From Lama guanicoe (lineage: Eukaryota), in the NCBI GenBank assembly GCA_013239625.1, contig MU055922.1, positions 3,442,439 to 3,506,438 on the forward strand: DNA of 64,000 bases. Direction: 5' to 3'. The stretch's first letter is position 1, and every line of letters starts with the position of its first letter. Both the position numbers and the translations under genes were made by a program. A model generated the notes under the pieces. The model did no database searches. It worked only from the letters and a program-made list of their open reading frames with translations, and was not told the origin of the DNA. This document shows positions 62,235 to 64,000 of this stretch, one piece after another.

Positions 62235-62412
62235 CCTCCCAGCGTGGTGTGTGACCAGCAGTGGTAGCATCCCCTGGGAACTTGCTAGAAACACACATTC
62301 TCAGCCCACCCGCCCCCAGACCTGCTGAATCAGACTAGGGTGAGGCCAGCGCGCTGTGTTTTACAAGCCCTCCAGGGGAGTCTGAGGGCCCCTCGCATTG
62401 GAAACCCACTGC
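62235..62412. mobile_element. MER5A-like hAT-Charlie MITE
   Basis: gcatcccctgggaacttgctagaaa..cccagacctgctgaatcaga..tgtgttttacaagccctccagg. Confidence 0.7.
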
Positions 62413-64000
62413 CCCCGCATTGTGGACTTAGGCTCCAGTAGACCACCTCTGTAAAACCATTTTCATGGCCTTGACTGTAATCCTGACATTAAAATTTGAT
62501 GACACTATAAACTTGAAAACTTTTAAAGATACTTGTATTTCATGAAGCCTCAACTAACCCTCGTTAAAAGTGGTATTTTTACACCCTGAAGTCTATCAGT
62601 AATGTTTCTTCTACTCTTGAAATCATGTTACAGCTGTATAAGGAATACTGTTCAGTATTAAAGAGAAATGGAGGGACCATGAACTTTGTCCTGGTTTTTT
62701 GTTTGGTTGGTTTTGGTTTTTAGTTCTTTTCATACCTAAGCACGGCTTCCTCCCCGCCTTCCTCCTCCACCAGTAAACATGGACACGTGCATGTGCCCAC
62801 AGTGGGGAAGGTTTGTGGCTGGTGGAAGATAAGCATTCTTAAACTCCAAACAGCCACACCGGACATTCACAGTGTTGTGCTGCACAGTGTCAGCTGGGCG
62901 AGGAACTTAGAAAGACTGGACCACAAAAGGAACTGAGTCCCGCATTGCCCTCACTGGAGGGTTGGCAAACAAGAACGCTGCCCATTGGAATCGGCAGCTG
63001 AAAGCTCCTGCCTTTAGCTCTGTATGGGGCCACCGGACCAGGCTACTTCCCTTAAGGGTGGGCGTCCTCACTCAGAGGAACTGAGCGCCTCCTATGTGCC
63101 AGGCGCTGATCTAGGAACTGAATTAACGCATACGGTACTGTAAACGGCTCTGGGAAGCAGTGAAGTTTCTCTCCTAATGTCTCAGATCTGCACATGAGGA
63201 AACTGGGACACAGAAGGGGTTTCTTAAAGTCCAGCTTCTTAAGAAGCAAGTCATTTCTGAAGGGGCAGAGCCGCTTCCTGTGCCCCCGAGCCTCACTCAG
63301 AAATTGGCTCAGCAGTGCCTCCCAGGTCCTCAGCTTGATACCCCTGACGGAACAGCCAGAAGGGGCAGAAGCATCAGCATCCGCACAGCCTCGCTGGAGG
63401 AATAAGTGATGATTTTGAGGGTAATGGTTGCTATTTCAGGAGGAGGAGATGGTTCTGTGTGTCTCCTGATGAAGCCCATCACCGCCCTGCATGCTGAGCA
63501 CGGTGTGGCCTGGGGCGTGGACCAGGGAGGGCAGTTGCGTTCCCCCTAGCACCTTGCCTCCACTTGCGGCTCTGCTGAGCAGCACGAGTGCTGTCGTTCC
63601 AAGTCCTCCTGGCTCCAAGTCTGACATTAAACTTGTTGGAGATGTTAAAAGGCAAGGCCCAAGGCAAAAGTGGAATTCATAGGAAGGGAAGACTGGTCCA
63701 CGCTGCCAGTGTCTTCACTGTCCAGGACGACACATTCAAATCAGTACGCACCCCCCATCCTTGGAGGGCCCCTCCTCCAAGGCGCTGACAGCCAGACGCA
63801 GCAGTGGCTCCTGTCTGGTGCTGGCACAAGCAGAGCCCGAGCACAAATGTCCCCACTGATACCTCCCAGAGGGAGTGATGAGCCCCCGAAGCTGCCTTGG
63901 ACTTGGATGTGGACTCCTGAAGCCAGCCTCTGACCTCAGCAGTGCTGCTTCCTCCAACCCGCTCCCCCATCCTCCCTCACATACACCGTTAAACACTTGG

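Overview
Mammalian genomic DNA with five assembly gaps. It is most likely a camelid, judged from five copies of a tRNA-derived SINE resembling camelid vic-1. Two genes lie head-to-head, as at the human STX6/MR1 locus. On the - strand is the 5' part of MR1: leader exon 10423-10498 and alpha-1 exon 298-558, with the rest beyond the left edge. On the + strand is the complete 8-exon STX6 (syntaxin-6) CDS, 19810-57022 (768 nt, 255 aa), starting in a CpG island. Main findings: (1) a decayed, intronless CNDP2 retrocopy in STX6 intron 1, split by an MLT1 LTR and missed by the ORF track; (2) STX6 intron 2 is a U12-type AT-AC minor-spliceosome intron; (3) MR1 lacks the usual start Met(s) and appears to use an upstream in-frame ATG; (4) a probable Gypsy-type pol fossil in MR1 intron 1. 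The rest is mostly interspersed repeats. Family names and orthologue comparisons come from recall of consensus and reference sequences, not from database searches.
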